Part shown: positions 26,668 to 36,524 of the stretch, one piece after another
How the letters are laid out: each line of letters starts with the position of its first letter
Position numbering within the stretch: position 1 is the first letter of the stretch
Source of the DNA: Candidatus Peribacteria bacterium
GTDB lineage: Bacteria > Patescibacteriota > Gracilibacteria > UBA1369 > LOWO2-01-FULL-3
Direction: 5' to 3'
DNA: 64,000 bases
NCBI GenBank assembly: GCA_943358175.1
Contig: CALRGV010000004.1
Location: forward strand, 40,514-104,513
The notes under the pieces: generated by a model
The model's database searches: none
The model's input: only the letters and a program-made list of their open reading frames with translations
What the model was told of the DNA's origin: nothing
Translations under genes and position numbers: made by a program

Positions 26668-27268
26668 AGGAAATTCTGTGATCTTGAGAGTTGCGAGCAA
26701 TTTCCTTAATTACTTCAGGGTACCATTTTTTCTCAAGGGCCTGCACTTTTTCTTTGAGGGCTTCGGCTGTGTCCGCTGTGTCTACCGGACAAGTTTTTTG
26801 GAGAATTATTTTGCCGGTATCGACGCCTTCATCGACGTAATGAATGGTCATCCCAGTTTCTTTTTCGTGAGCGGCAATGACGGCTTCGTGGACGTTTGAG
26901 CCGAAGAATTGTGGGCCGCAGAATTTTGGAATGAGGGCTGGATGAACGTTGATGATTTTGTTGGGGAATTTTTTGATGAATGGCGAGCTGAGAATACGCA
27001 TGTAGCCGACGAGGACTATGAGGTCGATATTCTCGGCGGCGAGGGCGGCGGCCATTTCTTGATCGAATTCTTCGCGGGATTTATTTTTTGGATTGATGAA
27101 AATTGTATTGTAGCCCTGTTCCTTGGCGCGTTGAAGGGCGTAGCAATTTTCTTTATTGCTTGCGACTAGAGCGAGCTCGATGCCTGGCATTTTTCCAGCC
27201 TTCATTTCATCAATTATGGCTTGAAGATCGGTACCGTTGGTGGAGGCTAAGACGGCGATTTTGAACAT
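26666..27268 (-). CDS. purN: Phosphoribosylglycinamide formyltransferase
   Basis: LAS.NGTDLQA, GYMRILS, INVHPAL.P, TG.TIHYVDEGVDTG. Confidence 0.95.
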   Translation of the reverse strand: MFKIAVLASTNGTDLQAIIDEMKAGKMPGIELALVASNKENCYALQRAKEQGYNTIFINPKNKSREEFDQEMAAALAAENIDLIVLVGYMRILSSPFIKKFPNKIINVHPALIPKFCGPQFFGSNVHEAVIAAHEKETGMTIHYVDEGVDTGKIILQKTCPVDTADTAEALKEKVQALEKKWYPEVIKEIARNSQDHRIS

Positions 27269-27304
27269 GTTTTTATTATATTGAAAATTTCGAAGAATTG
27301 CATC

Positions 27305-27343
27305 TTGACTTTTTGCCGTTAGTTACGTATTATTGTTACGTAA
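27305..27343 (+). promoter_or_regulatory. TA promoter TTGACT-N17-TATTAT with tandem TTACGTA operator half-sites
   Basis: Two TTACGTA(A) motifs flank the -10, upstream of the antitoxin. Confidence 0.55.
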
Positions 27344-27356
27344 GTAATTAATACAT

Positions 27357-27635
27357 ATGGCTCGTATAAAACAGATTGATTTCAGAAGAGTTACTATTTC
27401 CCTTCCATCTGCTACCGTGGATAAGCTAAAAATTAATAAAAATAAAGGTGAAGTAAGCCAATATATTAATGATTTAATCGAAGAAGATATGGCCTCAACA
27501 AACGAAAAACAGGAAACTACGGAAGAATTTATTGAATCTTCAAGAAAATTTCGTGAAGAGAATGAAGCTTTTATTAAAGATAAGAGGAGTAGTTTGGAAA
27601 TATTAAGAGAAATACGTTACCATGGAAAATATTAA
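27357..27635 (+). CDS. Ribbon-helix-helix antitoxin (VapB-like)
   Basis: RVTISLP....DKL.....GEVSQYINDLIEE; overlaps the PIN gene. Confidence 0.75.
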   Translation: MARIKQIDFRRVTISLPSATVDKLKINKNKGEVSQYINDLIEEDMASTNEKQETTEEFIESSRKFREENEAFIKDKRSSLEILREIRYHGKY

Positions 27636-28077
27636 ATTATCAGCTCGAGCAAAAAAACTAATACACACTGTAATAATCGTGGACACATCAGTGTTAATTA
27701 AAAATTTCATTAAAGAAGAAGATAGCGATTTCGTTGACGAATTGATAAGCCTCCATCAAAGAAAGGAACTAACATTATTATCAACTCCACTTTTACAGTT
27801 TGAATTTTTCAACGTGCTATCTAATAAATTTAAAGATAAAGCAAGAGTACGACAGTCCCTAAAAAGGTTTTTAAGCTTCGGTATTGGAATAATTGATGCA
27901 AAATATGGCTATCTGGAAAAAGCCATTGAAAACGCTTGCGAGGCCCGGGTTTCTTACTACGACAGCTCCTATCATGCTCTGGCAAAGGATATGGATGGCG
28001 TTTTTCTAACTGCTGATAAAAAATATTTTGATATAACTGAAAATCAAGGAAATATCTTGCTACTATCAAACCCTTGA
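27622..28077 (+). CDS. PIN-domain toxin (VapC-like)
   Basis: IIVDTSVLIK, EFFNVL, SYYDSSYHALA, FLTADKK. Confidence 0.9.
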   Translation: MENIKLSARAKKLIHTVIIVDTSVLIKNFIKEEDSDFVDELISLHQRKELTLLSTPLLQFEFFNVLSNKFKDKARVRQSLKRFLSFGIGIIDAKYGYLEKAIENACEARVSYYDSSYHALAKDMDGVFLTADKKYFDITENQGNILLLSNP

Positions 28078-28080
28078 TCT

Positions 28081-28986
28081 CTACAAATCCATCGGCGTAA
28101 TTTTCATACCCAGTTTTCGCTTAATCATGTTGCCGGTTTTGGTGACGGCTAGGCCGCCTAGAGCTGTTTCACGGAGCTTTGGAGACATGATTTTGGCGAT
28201 GTTTTTCATGGCCAGCACCACTTCATCAAATGGAATAAAACTTTTTACACCTGCAATAGACAGATCAGATGCGCCAATAGCAACCATGCAGCCCAAAGCA
28301 TTGCGCTTGATGCACGGTACTTCTACGAGACCACCAAGCGGATCACAAGCGAGACCCAAATAGCTTTTCAGGGCCATGGCAGAAGAGTGAAAACACTGTT
28401 CAGGTGTACCACCACGCATTTCGGTAAGGCCGGCGGCAGCCATAGCTACTCCTGCACCGACTTCGGCCTGGCAACCACCTTTGGCGGCGGACAAAGTAGC
28501 CCCTTCAGCAATAATGAGACCAACGGCAGAAGCACAAAACATTCCATTCAAAAGTTTCCTTTTTCCGGCTTTGAAATGTTCAGCCGAACTGAACAAAACG
28601 CCCGGTACAACACCTGCTCCTCCAGCAGTGGGGAAAGCCACAATTCTGCCCATACAGGCATTCTGTTCACCCACAGCTACGGCGTAGGCCATAGCCCTGA
28701 CCGTGACCTTGTTTCCCATCATATCGGCGGTATTTCCTAGGGCTTTGTAAATCTTGTAGGCGTCTCCCCCAACCATACCCATCTTGGACTTCTGGGTTGA
28801 ATGAATCCCCTTTTTTACCGCTTCATACATAACGTCTCTGGTTTGCTTCATTTTATTGCGAACGGCGGGCATGCTTTTTCCGGATCTTTCGGCCTCATAA
28901 CGCTTGGCAATTTCGCCAATCGAAAGCTTGTGCTTGCGGCAGAGGTGGATGATGTCTTCGGCGGTGTGAAATTCGTAGATATTCAT
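28081..28986 (-). CDS. sdaAA: L-serine dehydratase, Fe-S dependent, alpha subunit
   Basis: E.NACMGRIVA.PTAG.AG..PG, GGCQAEVG, LGLACDP.GGLVEVPCIKRN, LRETALGGLA. Confidence 0.95.
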   Translation of the reverse strand: MNIYEFHTAEDIIHLCRKHKLSIGEIAKRYEAERSGKSMPAVRNKMKQTRDVMYEAVKKGIHSTQKSKMGMVGGDAYKIYKALGNTADMMGNKVTVRAMAYAVAVGEQNACMGRIVAFPTAGGAGVVPGVLFSSAEHFKAGKRKLLNGMFCASAVGLIIAEGATLSAAKGGCQAEVGAGVAMAAAGLTEMRGGTPEQCFHSSAMALKSYLGLACDPLGGLVEVPCIKRNALGCMVAIGASDLSIAGVKSFIPFDEVVLAMKNIAKIMSPKLRETALGGLAVTKTGNMIKRKLGMKITPMDL

Positions 28987-29043
28987 GTGGTGTGGTGTTC
29001 CGCTTTGCGGAACGTTATTTTATATTAGAGCGCAAGCGCTCTG

Positions 29044-29730
29044 TCAGCTCTTCTGTAATTTAGAAAGTGACCGAATGAAATCTATGCCCGGAGTGTTCTT
29101 TTCCAGTTCCATTACTTCCTCAACAGTGATGCGACGCCCCTCCAGGCTCAAAACGCTGAGTCTTTCATCTCTAAAAGCACTTTCAACACTTTCGACAATT
29201 TTTATTCCAAGTTTATTTATTTTTCCTTCCAAATCCTTGAGCACTTTTGGATTTTTTTGATGACAAACTACGAGAGAGAGATGCTTACCTGCCGACCCCT
29301 GGAGGTACACCTCAAATTCGTCTATTTTCACAATTTCTATCATTCCCCCACCAACGGATGAACCAATGACTGACATTTTGTTTTTACCTTTTTCAAGCAC
29401 AATTTTAACAGTATTCGGATGATATTTTTCGCCCAAGTCTGTAGTGATAAATTTAAATTCCAAATGATTTTCCCGGGCAATTTTGAAAGATTCTTTGATG
29501 CGCGGATCGCTTGTTTGAAATTTCATAACGCCGGCAAGCAGGGCTAAATCGGTGGCGTGACCTTTGTAGACCTCAGCAAAAGAACCGTGCAAATAAAAGG
29601 TCACCTTTTTTGGAGTGTGATGAAAAAGTGCTCGAGCGAATTGGCCGATCTTGCAGGCACCGGCAGTGTGTGAGCTGGAAGGCCCGACCATTATTGGTCC
29701 CGCGATGTCGAAAATTGAAAGATTCGTCAC
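29044..29730 (-). CDS. sdaAB: L-serine dehydratase beta subunit (with ACT-like C-terminus)
   Basis: FDI.GPIMVGPSSSHTAGA, GSFA..YKGH.TD, HPNTV, S.GGG. Confidence 0.95.
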   Translation of the reverse strand: MTNLSIFDIAGPIMVGPSSSHTAGACKIGQFARALFHHTPKKVTFYLHGSFAEVYKGHATDLALLAGVMKFQTSDPRIKESFKIARENHLEFKFITTDLGEKYHPNTVKIVLEKGKNKMSVIGSSVGGGMIEIVKIDEFEVYLQGSAGKHLSLVVCHQKNPKVLKDLEGKINKLGIKIVESVESAFRDERLSVLSLEGRRITVEEVMELEKNTPGIDFIRSLSKLQKS

Positions 29731-29906
29731 TTTTAGTTGCTTTAGGAAATTGCAAACCGGTAATTTACACCAGTTTACAGAAACCTTGAGATTTGTCCAG
29801 GGTTATTGGAATCGCTTCGCGATTGGTGTTGCTATGCCTGCTTTGGGCAGGCGCGGAAATTTGCCAGGCAAATTTTACTGAACCTGATCATAGCTTTTCT
29901 TTGTAG

Positions 29907-29974
29907 GCTCGCTTCGCTCAGCGGTGGCAAAGCCACACGCTTCGCTTCACTGCGCGCTCGCGCCGTGCGCTCGC
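29907..29974. repeat. Structured intergenic repeat, family B copy 2, inside a 19-bp direct repeat
   Basis: Aligns with 8111-8177; TTTACTGAACCTGATCATA occurs at 29874-29892 and 29976-29994. Confidence 0.8.
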
Positions 29975-29976
29975 CT

Positions 29977-31029
29977 TTACTGAACCTGATCATACTGTTG
30001 CTCCGCCAGAGGTTTTAATTCTTGCCCGTCGTCTAGATCGATGGCGATGGCGCCGGGGGCGGTAGCGATGGTGGGCTCCGGTTTATCGGAAATTTTTATG
30101 CTGCTGAATTCATTTTCAAATTCTTTGCCTTCGACTTTCTTATCAATTTTATCACCATGAGTAATATCCTTATCGTAGATGACTTGGCTAATTGGGAATG
30201 AACAATCCACACCGAATTCATCGAAGGATTCCTTGATATTCATAAATAAGCGACTCTGTATTTTTTTAAAACCGGCACGGGATTCCACCCATACTCTTAT
30301 AGAAATTCCCACAGCACTGTCACCAAATTCAGTAACCAAAACCGCAGGCTTTGGCTCTAAAAGAACTCCCTTGGTTTTTTTGGCCGCAAGAAGACAAACT
30401 TTGAGAGCATTTTTTAAATCGGAACGGTAATCTACGCTGGTTGCCACCTCTATTCTACGGAAGGGGTTGCTGGTATAACTCGTAACCTGCTTATTAAAAA
30501 GCTGAGCATTTGGTACCACAACTTTTGTACCATCTACGGCCTGCAAAACGGTTACGCGAGATTGAATTTCAATAATTCTTCCCATAGTTCCTTCCACAAC
30601 AATAAAATCTCCAATGCTAAAATTTTTGCTTAACAAAATCATAATACCAGCAAGAAAATTCGTAATTATATCCTTGAGCGCGAAACCAATACCAAAGGCC
30701 ACAGCGGCAATAATCGTAGTCAAATCTATACCGGCAATTTTTAAACCGGTCGTAAAACCTATAGTAAGAATCACCACATAACTGATACGGCCACCAAGAA
30801 TTTGAATTTCCTTATGTTCATCTTCTATTCCCTTCTCAGCCATCTTGTTTTCCACAATGCTGCGAACTATCTTCGCCGCTAAAAAGGAGAGGATTATCAC
30901 GACAAAAGCCGCTATCCAAAATGGAACCTTTTCAATTATAGCGGTAACCAATCCGGCCAACTGCCCCGAAGTCTGGCTTGCTGCTTTATCTGCTGTATTT
31001 GTAGCGGCTGCTGCGTAAGCTGTAGGCAT
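29977..31029 (-). CDS. mscS: Small-conductance mechanosensitive channel
   Basis: FGIGFALKDI..NF.AGI.IL....F.IGD.I, VVVPN..L, V.EFGDSAV. Confidence 0.9.
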   Translation of the reverse strand: MPTAYAAAATNTADKAASQTSGQLAGLVTAIIEKVPFWIAAFVVIILSFLAAKIVRSIVENKMAEKGIEDEHKEIQILGGRISYVVILTIGFTTGLKIAGIDLTTIIAAVAFGIGFALKDIITNFLAGIMILLSKNFSIGDFIVVEGTMGRIIEIQSRVTVLQAVDGTKVVVPNAQLFNKQVTSYTSNPFRRIEVATSVDYRSDLKNALKVCLLAAKKTKGVLLEPKPAVLVTEFGDSAVGISIRVWVESRAGFKKIQSRLFMNIKESFDEFGVDCSFPISQVIYDKDITHGDKIDKKVEGKEFENEFSSIKISDKPEPTIATAPGAIAIDLDDGQELKPLAEQQYDQVQ

Positions 31030-31147
31030 GGGAAATATTATTATCTGTATATAGTAACATTTTTCAGCCTTTTTCTCAAGTACTAAATATGGGATTTTTC
31101 GCTTCCTCTTGATACTGTCTTACCTAGTATTTTTAATTCTCAAATTT

Positions 31148-31915
31148 ATGGAAGATTTAATCTCTTTACTGATACCTGGAGGCATTGCTTTGTTTATATT
31201 GATAATTAGCAGTGTTCGCGAAGTAAAACAGTATGAACGCGGAGTAAAATTCACTATGGGTAAATTCACATGCCTTTCTGAACCGGGATGGAGATTGGTT
31301 GTACCTGTTTTTCAGAAAATGGCGAAGGTGGATATACGCGTAAAAGCAGTGGATGTTCCTGATCAGGAAGCCATAACCGCGGACAATATTTCCGTAACAC
31401 TTAATGCTGTTATTTATTACAAAGTTGATGACGCCTCCAAAGCTATTTTGAGCGTAGAAAATTTCTATTATGCTGTCAGTCAGCTGGCTCAGACTACTAT
31501 GCGTAATGCGGTGGGCGAAGTGAATCTGGATGATCTTTTAAAAAATCGTGAAAAAATTGCGGCCGGTATTAAAGAGGTTGTAGATGCGGCTAGTCAGCCA
31601 TGGGGCATAGATGTTTCTTCCGTAGAATTGAAAGATATCGTCATCTCCCCAGATCTAAAGAGAACAATGGCGAAAGTAGCTGAAGCGGAAAGAGAAAAAC
31701 GTGCGGTTATTATTAATTCCGAAGGTGAAGTGGCAGCCTCAGAAAATTTGGCAAAAGCTGCGGCGACTCTTTCCAAATCTCCGGGAGCAATGCATTTGAG
31801 AACTTTGTCTTCGATTAACGATATTTCCTCCGATCAATCAAATACCACCGTCTGGATGGTCCCAATAGAGGTATTGCGTGCGGTGGAAGCGATTGGTGAT
31901 AAACTGAAAAAATAG
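31148..31915 (+). CDS. SPFH/band 7 (slipin/stomatin-like) protein
   Basis: YERGV.F.MG, VD.R....DVP.QE.IT.DN, AQTTMR..VG, AEAERE.RA.II..EGE. Confidence 0.93.
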   Translation: MEDLISLLIPGGIALFILIISSVREVKQYERGVKFTMGKFTCLSEPGWRLVVPVFQKMAKVDIRVKAVDVPDQEAITADNISVTLNAVIYYKVDDASKAILSVENFYYAVSQLAQTTMRNAVGEVNLDDLLKNREKIAAGIKEVVDAASQPWGIDVSSVELKDIVISPDLKRTMAKVAEAEREKRAVIINSEGEVAASENLAKAAATLSKSPGAMHLRTLSSINDISSDQSNTTVWMVPIEVLRAVEAIGDKLKK

Positions 31916-31916
31916 C

Positions 31917-32762
31917 ATGAAAAGATACGGAATTTTAGCTAATCCGGCAAAGCATTCTTTGTCGCCTGCAATACATAATGCGGCTTTCAAAAAGCTGCAT
32001 ATGCAGGCGCAATATGAGATTTTCGAAATACCGGAAAATGAACTGGCTAAATTTATTAAATCCGTAAGGAATCAGACTATAGAAGGATTGTCTGTTTCTT
32101 TGCCTTATAAAGAAAGTGTGATGCAATATCTGGATAAAGTCGATAAGGATGCAATGAAAATCGGGGCGGTAAATACAATCATAAACAAGGAGGGTTTTCT
32201 GCACGGCTTTAATACCGATTATGTGGCTTCTAATAAAGCTCTCTTCCTCGATCAGAAAGTGATAGATATTGAAAAAAAATCTTTGGCGATAGTAATTGGT
32301 GGTGGTGGGGCGGCCAGAGCTGTTTGCTACGGATTATTAAAACTGGGAATGAATGTCGTGGTGGCCAATAGAACCAAGGAAAAGGCCGATGCGATTGCCA
32401 TGGAATTTGCAGAAATTTTTCATAAAAGTGAAATCCATAGTAGCAGCCTTTATCAGCTGAGAACCGGAGATATTTTGATTAACACAAGCTCTATTTGGAC
32501 AAAGGCACCGGAATTCGGAGCGGGTATTTTACCTGATTTTTGCAAACCGGAATACGTGAGAGATTTTCAATTAGTAATGGATATTTCTTATAAACCTTTG
32601 GAAACACCTTTGATAAAAACTGCGAAAAGAATGGGCAAAGCTTTTATTACCGGTGACAAAATGCTTTTGTATCAGGCCATAGATCAATTTGAATTTTGGA
32701 CTGGTAAAAAGGCTCCGGAGGATGTGATGAGAGAGGCTTTGGAGGCTGAGTTGAATAAATAA
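31917..32762 (+). CDS. aroE: Shikimate dehydrogenase
   Basis: HSLSP.IHN, GLSVSLPYKE, IGAVNT, NTD, GGGGAARA, NRT, ML..QA..QF. Confidence 0.92.
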   Translation: MKRYGILANPAKHSLSPAIHNAAFKKLHMQAQYEIFEIPENELAKFIKSVRNQTIEGLSVSLPYKESVMQYLDKVDKDAMKIGAVNTIINKEGFLHGFNTDYVASNKALFLDQKVIDIEKKSLAIVIGGGGAARAVCYGLLKLGMNVVVANRTKEKADAIAMEFAEIFHKSEIHSSSLYQLRTGDILINTSSIWTKAPEFGAGILPDFCKPEYVRDFQLVMDISYKPLETPLIKTAKRMGKAFITGDKMLLYQAIDQFEFWTGKKAPEDVMREALEAELNK

Positions 32763-32804
32763 ATAAATAAATAAAACAATGCACACTCGCTTTGCTCGTG
32801 TCTG

Positions 32805-33602
32805 CTAATTATGTCTCAAAAAGTTTGCGCCTTCTTCGTCTTTTACTTTTGGAGTTTCCGGTTCTTCTTGGACTTCCACTTCTTTGCCATAATCGCTACC
32901 GTAAACGGTTTGAGTGGAAAGGAAGTCTTTATCATAGGTACGGGCGATCCAGCCGTAAATCATTGTAAAAATGCTTTGTACGAAGGCGATAGAGCCCCAA
33001 ACGATAGGCAGAGCCACGAAGAGTAAAACCTGAGGGCTGCTGACAATTCCCGCAAGACCGAACATAATTCCGGCACTTACTAAAATTGAAAAAGTAATAC
33101 CGTAAACTCCCACCAAAGCGTAGCGATAGTTTGAAACAATTTCGAGGATTAAAGCACTAACCTGTGCGGAAATAATGATATGCAAAGCAACAGCGTAAGC
33201 GGTAATGGTAATATTTGTTGCGGAAGTAATAAAATAGACCGGGACCATTAACACGAAAATGATCATGCTGATAATAAACACCTGAGAAATAGCCGAAGCT
33301 ACTCTGGTGTACTTACCTCTTTCTGTCAGAGCGATAAGCCAGGTACTGATAATATTTCCTACAGTAGAAGAGAGGAAAATCATCATCATTAGAATAAATG
33401 TGAAAATTGGACTCACTTGAATTGCTTCTCCTTCCTGTGCACCTGTTAGTGGGCTAAGAACGGAAGAAGCGAGGACGAAAATCACCACTAAAATAAGGCT
33501 GCCTCCGATACCACCGGCTCCACCGGCCAGTATTTTTAAAAGGAAGGTACCAAAGGAAACTCTTCCGGGGCCAAGTTCTTGTACTTTTACTTCTTCAGCC
33601 AT
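32805..33602 (-). CDS. Hypothetical multi-pass membrane protein
   Basis: 265 aa, about 6 hydrophobic segments, acidic tail; coupled to lspA. Confidence 0.8.
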   Translation of the reverse strand: MAEEVKVQELGPGRVSFGTFLLKILAGGAGGIGGSLILVVIFVLASSVLSPLTGAQEGEAIQVSPIFTFILMMMIFLSSTVGNIISTWLIALTERGKYTRVASAISQVFIISMIIFVLMVPVYFITSATNITITAYAVALHIIISAQVSALILEIVSNYRYALVGVYGITFSILVSAGIMFGLAGIVSSPQVLLFVALPIVWGSIAFVQSIFTMIYGWIARTYDKDFLSTQTVYGSDYGKEVEVQEEPETPKVKDEEGANFLRHN

Positions 33603-33606
33603 TTAA

Positions 33607-34059
33607 TTATTTGTTAGTTCCCTTTAGTTTACCATAAAATACAATCATTAACAAGATCCCGCAACTAATATAAGTATCAGCGAGGTTGAAATTCGGCCAG
33701 CGCCAAATGCCAATGAAATCTATTACAAAGCCTCTGGTAATCCTATCAATGACATTTCCAACGGCTCCACTTATAATCAAAATTAAAGCTGCTTTTCCTA
33801 TAGGCTGCTCCATATCAAACTCCTTATTTATAATCCAAATAATTAAGCCCATTAGCAAAATATTACTGATAATCAAGAGCGTGTATGGAACCGGAATTCC
33901 GAAAGCCATGCCGGTGTTTTGACTATATTCAAGGCGGAAAAATTTCCCAAATAACTCCGTAGTTCCCGGAAAATAGTTATGGATGAAATACTTGGTCAAC
34001 TGATCCAAAATAATCAGAAAGAGGCACCACATCCCAAATTTTAAAAATTTATTTCTCAT
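33607..34059 (-). CDS. lspA: Lipoprotein signal peptidase II
   Basis: DQLTK, N.GMAFG, GA.GN.IDR, VIDFI, WP.FNLAD. Confidence 0.94.
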   Translation of the reverse strand: MRNKFLKFGMWCLFLIILDQLTKYFIHNYFPGTTELFGKFFRLEYSQNTGMAFGIPVPYTLLIISNILLMGLIIWIINKEFDMEQPIGKAALILIISGAVGNVIDRITRGFVIDFIGIWRWPNFNLADTYISCGILLMIVFYGKLKGTNK

Positions 34060-34131
34060 TGCCAATAATAGACCATAAAAAGCTTGAAAAAACAATGCGA
34101 TAGGTAGAATATCACACTACTAAAAAGATTT

Positions 34132-35340
34132 ATGCGAAAACCTTTTAAATTTGATACGATTTTGGCCTTAACAGTACTGTTTTTGCTAATTTTCGGTTTA
34201 ATAATGATCACCAGCATCGGTGTGCCAAAATCCATACAGCTCTCGGCACCCGGAGTGCAGTACCCGAACTGCAGTGACGCGAACGTGGATTGTTATCTGC
34301 TTTTCAAAAAGCATTTGGTAAGATTGGGATTGGGAATTGTGATGTTCTTTTTAGCCTGGAAGTTGCCAATGAAATTCTGGAAAAAAATAGCACCACTGTT
34401 TTTTGGCCTAATTGTCATACTGCTATTTATGGTAATTACTATGGGAAACGACTTTGGAACCATTGCTACAAACTGGATTCTGGTTTTCAATACTTCTCTG
34501 CAACCTTCGGAATTTGCGAGATTAGCTTTGATTCTCTATCTTTCTTATTGGTTCAGCAAGCGGCGCGATTCGGTGGGGAGTTTTCACGATGGCTTCCTGC
34601 CATTCTGTTTTATCTGTGGAATGGTTCTTCTTCCTGTAGTATTGGGAAATGACTATGGCTCTATAGCTGTAATGAGTTTAGTCGCGGTAAGTATTTATTT
34701 TATCGCAGGGGCGCGTTTGAGGCACCTCGGTTTAGGGTTTATGATAGCATTGGGCGCGGCCATTATCGTAGTGTCGTTTGTGCCTCATGTAAGAGAAAGA
34801 TTTCAGGGTTTTATGAGCGTTGATCAGGATTGTTTGGAAGATTATTGTTGGCAATCTCAGCAAGCAAATATTGCCGTGGGAAGTGGTGGCTTGATGGGGA
34901 AGGGCCTCACTCAAGGTGTACAAAAATCTTATTGGCTTCCTCAGGCTTCTGATGACTTTATTTTTGCGGCATCTTCGGAGGAGTTAGGGTTTTTGAGAAT
35001 TATTTTTGTGGTTTTGGCTTATCTTATAATTGCTTTAAGAGGTTACAATATAGCAAATAAGGCCAATGGTAGCTTTGAAATGTTTGTGGCGGTGGGAATT
35101 ACAACTTGGATTACGGTGCAGGCTTTTGTGAACATCGCGGTGAATACGGCGCTTTTCCCTGTGACTGGAATTACTTTACCTTTCGTAAGCTATGGAGGAT
35201 CTTCTTTGGTAGCTGATTTAATGGCTATTGCCATTCTTTTAAATATATCCGAAAATACAACTACTTATGCGACTAGTCTTAACAGGTGGGGGGACAGGCG
35301 GTCACGTCATCCCGAACTTCGCCGTTATCGAAGAGCTTAA
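34132..35340 (+). CDS. ftsW: SEDS family peptidoglycan polymerase FtsW
   Basis: LQPSEF, GSGGL.GKG, LP.A..DFIFA...EELG, P.TGITLPFVSYGGSS; upstream of murG. Confidence 0.9.
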   Translation: MRKPFKFDTILALTVLFLLIFGLIMITSIGVPKSIQLSAPGVQYPNCSDANVDCYLLFKKHLVRLGLGIVMFFLAWKLPMKFWKKIAPLFFGLIVILLFMVITMGNDFGTIATNWILVFNTSLQPSEFARLALILYLSYWFSKRRDSVGSFHDGFLPFCFICGMVLLPVVLGNDYGSIAVMSLVAVSIYFIAGARLRHLGLGFMIALGAAIIVVSFVPHVRERFQGFMSVDQDCLEDYCWQSQQANIAVGSGGLMGKGLTQGVQKSYWLPQASDDFIFAASSEELGFLRIIFVVLAYLIIALRGYNIANKANGSFEMFVAVGITTWITVQAFVNIAVNTALFPVTGITLPFVSYGGSSLVADLMAIAILLNISENTTTYATSLNRWGDRRSRHPELRRYRRA

Positions 35341-36328
35341 CAGGCCTAGAGGCCTAACAAATAAGAAAACGGAAATTCTCTACATTGGCTCAGCTAATGG
35401 CGTGGAGAAAAGTATGGTGGAAAAGATTGGCATTCCCTATAAGTCCGTGGCATGTGGAAAATTACGAAGATATTTTTCGGTGGAGAATTTGATAGATATT
35501 TTCAAAGTTCCTGTCGGAATTTTTCAGGCGTGGAGAATTTTGAGAAAATTCAGACCGGATGTGACGTTTAGCAAAGGTGGATTCGTCAGCGTGCCGGTGG
35601 TGATCGCGGCAAGCTGGCTGAAGGTGCCGGTGATTATTCATGAGTCGGATGTAAGACCGGGATTGGCGAATAGAATTTGCGCGAGATACGCGGATAAAAT
35701 TTGTGTGAGTTTCGAAGAGACGAGAAAATATTTTGCAAAATATTCACGGAAAATTATTTATACCGGCAATCCGGTGAGAAAAAGTGTTTTGGATGGGAAT
35801 GTGGCGGATGGTTACAAATTCACAGGATTGGATAAACACAGACCTATTATTTTAGTAATGGGAGGAAGTCAGGGAGCTCAGCAGATCAATGAATTAGTGC
35901 GTGGTGGAATGGAGGAACTTTTGAAAAGATTTCAAATTGTGCATATATGTGGACGTGGAAATCTGGATATTAGTTTGCATAAAAAGGGCTATGTTCAATA
36001 TGAATTCTTGAATGAGCAAATGAAGGACGTGTATGCTGTTTCGGAGTTGGTGATTTCGCGTGGTGGGGCGAATAGTTTGGCGGAGCTTGCGGCTTTGAAA
36101 AAGAAGACTTTGGTGATTCCTTTGGGTACGGCGGCGAGTCGTGGTGATCAGATAGAAAATGCGCAGATCTTTGCGAGAAAATTGGGCTGGGGCGTGATGG
36201 TGGGAGACGTACAAGTGGTGGATTTCGTGAAATCGGTGGAAATGGTTTATAAAAATAAATTGAATACGAATGAGAAGTTTAAGAATGGGGTTTATGATAT
36301 TGTGAAGATGATTTTGAAGTATAAATAG
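35267..36328 (+). CDS. murG: Undecaprenyl-PP-MurNAc-pentapeptide GlcNAc transferase
   Basis: GGGTGGHV.P, KGGFVS.P, HESD..PGLAN, TGNPVR, GGSQGA, SRGGA, Q..NA. Confidence 0.96.
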   Translation: MRLVLTGGGTGGHVIPNFAVIEELNRPRGLTNKKTEILYIGSANGVEKSMVEKIGIPYKSVACGKLRRYFSVENLIDIFKVPVGIFQAWRILRKFRPDVTFSKGGFVSVPVVIAASWLKVPVIIHESDVRPGLANRICARYADKICVSFEETRKYFAKYSRKIIYTGNPVRKSVLDGNVADGYKFTGLDKHRPIILVMGGSQGAQQINELVRGGMEELLKRFQIVHICGRGNLDISLHKKGYVQYEFLNEQMKDVYAVSELVISRGGANSLAELAALKKKTLVIPLGTAASRGDQIENAQIFARKLGWGVMVGDVQVVDFVKSVEMVYKNKLNTNEKFKNGVYDIVKMILKYK

Positions 36329-36387
36329 GGTAAATTTGGGCAGGTGTTGAACGTGGTTCGTCAACACTTTTTTGGTGGTGGTGGGTC

Positions 36388-36417
36388 TTGATTTTTTAGG
36401 CGGTTTCTTGGTATAGT
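36388..36417 (+). promoter_or_regulatory. Promoter TTGATT-N18-(TGn)TATAGT for a short RNA
   Basis: Extended -10 TGGTATAGT just upstream of the antisense-bearing segment. Confidence 0.55.
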
Positions 36418-36422
36418 GTAAA

Positions 36423-36496
36423 CGAAAGCGTAGGCGCTGTAAGTTACAGTTCTCTCGGGTGTTACATTGGATCCTTCGACAAAGAAGGATCTTTTT
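36423..36496 (+). ncRNA. Putative small RNA complementary to the downstream atypical tRNA, ending in an intrinsic terminator
   Basis: Three blocks pair with tRNA nt 22-34, 1-14 and 34-47; terminator GGATCCTTC-GACAAA-GAAGGATCT-TTTT at 36469-36496. Confidence 0.6.
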
Positions 36497-36524
36497 GTAT
36501 GATTAAAATGCCTGGTGGAGTTAT

